DNA from: Chrysomallon squamiferum
Lineage: Eukaryota; Animalia; Mollusca
NCBI GenBank assembly: GCA_012295275.1
Contig: CM022677.1
Span: 19,096,001-19,160,000 of the forward strand
DNA length: 64,000 bases
Direction: 5' to 3'
Part shown: positions 58,005 through 64,000 of the stretch, in pieces
Numbering within the stretch: position 1 is the stretch's first letter
Layout: each line of letters begins with the position of its first letter
Program-made: the position numbers and the translations under genes
The notes under the pieces: generated by a model
What the model saw: the letters and a program-made list of their open reading frames with translations, nothing else
The model's database searches: none
Told to the model about the DNA's origin: nothing

Positions 58005-58325
58005 CTGAAAATAAAACAAACAATAATAATAATACGTTGAAATCTTATTCAGTGAATGTTCTGGTATTTCTGGGATGTGAGTGGGTATACTGGTGAAAAA
58101 AAAAAAAAAAATTATCAAGCATAATTTATTTGGTAAACCAAAGTGTTGTATAATTATATAACGATAGCTTATTGGAAATATGTATTTTTTAATGTCCATT
58201 TTTTTGACATTCGTCTTTTTTTTCTTTTCTTTTCAGTTTTGCTATTTTAAATTTTATTTATTTATTTATTTATTTACTTTGTTTTACGTTTTTTTACACA
58301 CACATCCACTTCACCCTTTTTTCCC

Positions 58326-58426
<101 letters not shown>

Positions 58427-58608
58427 ACACACACACACATACACACTTATTTATCTGTCTATATGCAAGTTGCATTTCTATATTGTAACCTATCCTAATT
58501 ACACGTAAAATGCATGTTTAAATTATGATAGCTATTCATTTAAATTATATTCGATGACGTAATTCTGCATCCAGTGACGTAAGACAAACCGCGTCACCAA
58601 AACTGTAC

Positions 58609-58861
58609 CTGCGACACCGCAGTAGCCTCGAACACAGACCGATCGTAAACCCATCTGTTACACGTCGCCATTGGCAACGAGCGGTTGGTGACGTCATTGG
58701 CGACGTCGTTCGTGACGTTGTAGGCCCCGACGTACATGCGACACTTGTCGTAATGAATGACGCCGTCGACCACAGTCATCGGAATGGTCTTGTTGATGAT
58801 CCTTTCGTGGTCACGTGACTGGATGAAGTAGGTGTCGTTGTCGAGGCCGGGAATGGCGCAT
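58609..58861 (-). CDS. SLC22 exon (large extracellular loop 1)
   Basis: TTCACAG|A ... CAG|GTACAG; CAIPGLDNDTYFIQ...DKCRMY...TCNRWVYDRSVFEATAVSQ with sequons NDT, NKT, NVT, NRS. Confidence 0.94.
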
Positions 58862-59315
58862 CTGTGAATTAAAAACAAAACGTGATGACGACAACGACGA
58901 CGTTGATGATGGTAATGATTATGATGTAAATGATTTGGCTGCTTCTTGTGATGATGATGATGATGACGACGAAAATAAACACGCTACAATTATGATGACA
59001 TGGTTATGATCTTAATGACGATGAAACGATGCATATGAGGATGTTACAGTAATAATAAAGATGATTAGAATAATATAATAATGATAATAAGACATATCAG
59101 CAACGGCGACAACAACATCAACAACAACAGTGGTAATAAATTGAGATATATCTATATACGACGACGTTGACAGTGGTGTCTACCTTCTGACAATCAACAC
59201 ACCCATGAGTAAAATGATAAAACTGATGTAATCCGTTCTAAACTGTAATACTTTATTGTTAGTAAAGACTCAGTTTCAGATAACAATTAGTTAGAGAATC
59301 ACAGTACACACAATG

Positions 59316-59364
<49 letters not shown>

Positions 59365-59469
59365 TGAACAGACACGCAGAAGAGCACGTACGGACAAGCA
59401 TACGCACACATGAATGGATGGGTAGAAGCAAGTAAATTAACGAAAGAAAGAAAAAACGATACAAGGGAA

Positions 59470-59508
<39 letters not shown>

Positions 59509-59667
59509 TACACACACACACATACACACACACAAACACATCCATGTACACATATGTATTCATATATATATATATACGTATGTGTATATAAGGATGTATG
59601 GATCTACGTAACTATAATGAAAATGTTCTTTCAGTAAAAATGTTCTCGTAATATATATATATATTAT

Positions 59668-60068
<401 letters not shown>

Positions 60069-60780
60069 AAGACACTATAAATAATATGAAAGGAACATAA
60101 TGTCACGCAGCTTTTGTCCGTCTCTCTTTATTGCAGTGTTTATACAGTCATTCTGACGACATCGTGCTCAGTCTTGCAGTATACAAATCTTTATCTTAAT
60201 TTAAATATTCAAAGCCTTACCTTGACATCTTCACACCGAGGCACGCCGTAACAGACAAACTACATAACAAGCGTTCTAAGCGACTATTATGTAAATTCAT
60301 TTTTATTTGAGTAATATGACGCATAGTCAGTCAGTCTTCTGTTGTGAAATACGGGCTAGGTCTGCACCAGTTTTTCGTATAAAATGAATACAGGGTGCGC
60401 TGTGAATGGAATCCATTTTGTGCACTGGCGTCTCCTGTTAATTTAATTTTTCGCTTCATTGGGTTTTTTTTTTTTTGGTATACATCACATAATAGAATTT
60501 TTTGTTTACGTTGAAGTTAGGGTACGTTGGGTCGTAAACAGTCGAGAATAGTTCCGCGAAGACTCGTGATATTTCGGAAGACGTAATGATGACGAGTCGT
60601 TGTTTTTATGTTCAGCTGTCGTAAACTTTCGAGCAGGATTCGAGGTTTCGTGTCTTTCCGGTAGTTATCGTGAAAATTCGGAAACTCCGCGATTGTGTCA
60701 TGTCGGCTTTTTGATAGGGTAAAGTTTAAAGATGATAAATAAGCAGAAGTAAATATTACGTGTATCAGTAAGTAAATATT

Positions 60781-60925
60781 ACTAAGTCAACATCACTAGA
60801 ATCACTAAGTCAACATTACTAGAATCACTAAGTCAACATTACTAGAATCACTAAGTCAACATTACTAGAATCACTAAGGCAACATTACTAGAATCACTAA
60901 GGCAACATTACTAGAATCACTAAGT
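60781..60925. repeat. 23-bp tandem repeat ACTAAGKCAACATTACTAGAATC, ~6 copies
   Basis: Direct reading. Confidence 0.92.
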
Positions 60926-61176
60926 TCACATTAAGTTATCAGTACGTCAATATTACTAGAATCATTAACTGAACATTACCAACACTCATCAAGTCATAAA
61001 ACTCGAAAGTGTTTAAACCATCATCTACGAAACAATTATTAACTGATATCGGTGACTAAACCATCAACAGCAACAACAACGGCATGGCAACTATCAGTCC
61101 GTGAAATTATAGCTTTTTTTTTTTGTCCTTTTGTTCTTTCTTCTTTATTTCTTTTACTGTTTCTTTTTTTTGTTTT

Positions 61177-61211
<35 letters not shown>

Positions 61212-61597
61212 TTCTTTTTTTAATTTCCTCCTTCTTTTACTGTTGTTACTTGAATTGTTTCTCTTTTTTTTTTTTTTTTTTTTTTTTATTATTAATGAAA
61301 ATTGCTGTCGTTGACGCAATCCAAGAATTAAGCTTATCACAGCAGAACACGTCGTGAAAACAAAGATTTTATTTTTTATTTTTATTTTTTTTATCACGTG
61401 ATGTTTACTTTAAATCTTTTTAATATGGAAAGTCACGCACCAACGTGGACATGCAAAACGACGGCAATAAATAATAACAATAACAACAACAACAACGACT
61501 ACAAATACAATAACAATATTAATAATAAAAGAAACAACAACAGTAATAATAATAGTAGTAGTTGTAGTAATAGTAGTAGTAGTAATAGTAGTAGTAA

Positions 61598-61628
<31 letters not shown>

Positions 61629-63179
61629 GGTGGTAATAGTAGCAGTAGTAGTAGTTGTAGTAGTAGTAGTAGTAGTTGTAGTAGCAGTAGTAGTTGTTGT
61701 AGTAGTAGTAGTAGTAGCAGTAGTAGTAATAGTTGTAGTAGTAGTTGTTGTAGTAGTAATACCCTTACTGTTACTACTACCACAACTTCTATTATCTCCT
61801 GCTACTACTGCCACACTACCACTACTACTACTGCTACCACTACTACTACTACCACTACTACTACTACTGCCACCAGAACTACTTTTACTACTACTACTAC
61901 TACCGTTTATTTATTTATGTATTTATTTATTTATTTATTTCTGTTCTGTACACCTTTAACGAAGTTTTAACCTAGCCTAACGGCGAAAGCTTACACCATT
62001 ACAACGACATAACGTGTCCATCACCGCGTGATAATACATGCATCAACATGAACAGCATGTGAAACGGAGGTTTAGAAAGAAAGACAGAAAAAAAAAATCA
62101 GACGTTCGCGATTTGAAAGAAAGCGATTTATTGTCGTTTATCTAAGCTGTACACAAACTGTTCACGGATCAAAACGAAAGATAGGAAAAAGCTGCAGTTG
62201 AAAAACGGCTGCGATTGTGCGTAATTGTTTACGAGAACTATGAAAAGAAAGCCCGGCTAGGTGGAAATTATTAAAAAAAAAAAAATGAAAGCAGAGGAAG
62301 AAGGGCTGATATTTTCGAAAGCATGTGATGCAGCCATCCGTCTTTAAACGAAAGAAAGAAATGAAGAAATGTTTTGTTTTGTTAAATGAAACCTTGATTT
62401 TTTTTTTTTTTTTTTTTTTTTAAATCTCTGGATAATTTTTTATGGCATGATGCATAACTTCGGCTTCTACAACTACTACTACGACAGCAACAAGAAGTAC
62501 TGCTATTTTATTACTACTTCCATTAATTCTTCAACTACTGCGATAGCAGCAACTACTACAATTACAGTTATTATAAAAACTACTACGATAGCAACAACAA
62601 CTACTACTATTATTATAACTACTTCCATTAATACTTCAACTACAGCTACTACTACTTCTTCCATTTTAGCAACAACTACTGCAACTACTGTTATTATAAC
62701 TACTTCCATTAATACTTCAACTACTTCTACTACAATTGCAACACCTACTTACATTAATACTTCAACTACTACTACTACGACAGCAACAACTACTACACCT
62801 ACTTCCATCAATACTTCAGCTGCTACTACCACTACGACGACAGCAACAATTACTACACCTACTTCCATCAATACTTCAACTGCTACTTCTATTACCACTA
62901 CTACGAGAGCAACAACTACTACAACTAATACTATTTGTGCTGCTGCTGCTACTACTACTACCATTACTACATTACTACAATACTAGAGTTATACGTCCTC
63001 CATTTTTTTTTGTTTCTATTTTTATTCTTTGTATGTCAACACTCTACAATATCGATCTTCGTTCACAGTCTGGTAGACATAAATCATTTCATGTCACGTG
63101 TACTACTAGACTGTACCTGTCTGATGTTTGTCTGTGTGTGTGTATTGCTTTTCATCATGTCTGAATATGTGTATGCGTT

Positions 63180-63526
63180 TGTAGGTGTCTGTGTGTGTAT
63201 GTAAGTATGAAAACATTTAATTATGTCTATTGCTTACGTATGTACGTACGTACGTATCTATGTATGTATTCATAAATATACACATACTAACGCGCGCCTA
63301 TGTATGTATGTATGTATGTATGTATGTGTATATGTGTGTATGTATGTATGTGTGTATGTATGTATGTTTGTATGTATGTATATATGTATGTGTATGTGTG
63401 TGCATGTATGTATGTGTGTATGTATGTATGTATGTTTGTACGTATATATGTGTGTATATATGTGTGTGTGTGTGTGTTTGTGTGTATATATGTATGTATG
63501 TATGTATCTGTCTATATGTATGTATG

Positions 63527-63566
<40 letters not shown>

Positions 63567-63609
63567 TGTGTATGTGTGTGTGTGTGTGTTTAGCTAAATA
63601 TATAATACG

Positions 63610-63654
<45 letters not shown>

Positions 63655-63665
63655 TATGTGTGTTT
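63180..63665. repeat. (TG)n/(TATG)n compound microsatellite
   Basis: Direct reading. Confidence 0.9.
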
Positions 63666-64000
63666 GTTTTGAGCCGTGTGTGCGGTACAGTGAACGTGTA
63701 ACTTGAGTCGGGGCAAGCATGTGCGTGTTTAGCTGTAGCAGATGGTCAGCCTACAGCGAGAATAAAACCAAAACAAAAACAAGGTTAATAGGTTAACGAA
63801 AACGAGGCTAAGCCTGGGATCAATTATCTGTGATATACAGGACAGTTTCCAACATGTTCGTAGAAATCAGAGAAAGAAGGAAGGATAGAAAGAAAGAAGG
63901 AAAGAAAGAAGAAGAAAGAAGGGGTTAATGGACGAAGGGAAATAAGGAAGGAAGGAAGGAATGAATAAAAGAACGAACGAACGAATGAAGGAAGGATAAT

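Noticed and set aside
60781-60925. 23-bp repeats as iterons or a CRISPR-like array
   Set aside because: Head-to-tail minisatellite without spacers in a eukaryotic context.

Overview
Eukaryotic (animal; most plausibly a lophotrochozoan such as a mollusc, which is an inference) genomic DNA. It is very AT-rich and saturated with microsatellites. Three protein-coding genes can be reconstructed by hand. (1) The 3' part of a + strand gene (open from the left edge to 2516) encodes a long Ser/Thr-rich, mucin-like region and a compact 8-Cys module, and has a +1 frame discontinuity at 1341-1432 that is either a 73-bp intron (1429-1501) or a 1-bp indel. (2) A complete 3-exon class A (rhodopsin-family) peptide-receptor-like GPCR of 354 aa on the - strand (30591-30540, 23879-23422, 8147-7593). 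(3) Nine phase-consistent exons of an SLC22 (Orct/OCTN-like) MFS transporter on the - strand (58861 to 44806); its first coding exon was not found in the window. Almost all other listed ORFs are translations of simple repeats or antisense shadows. The most interesting non-coding structures are: a 2.5-kb minisatellite containing amplified copies of the GPCR's own 3' splice junction; tandem ~88-nt fold-back hairpins in the GPCR intron; a degenerate satellite rich in heat-shock-element cores upstream of the GPCR start; a 600-nt (ACUU/ACUG) array abutting an SLC22 acceptor; a dead duplicate splice donor; and recurrent mutually inverted microsatellite arms flanking exons and unique islands. No prokaryotic-type system (CRISPR, defence island) is supported.
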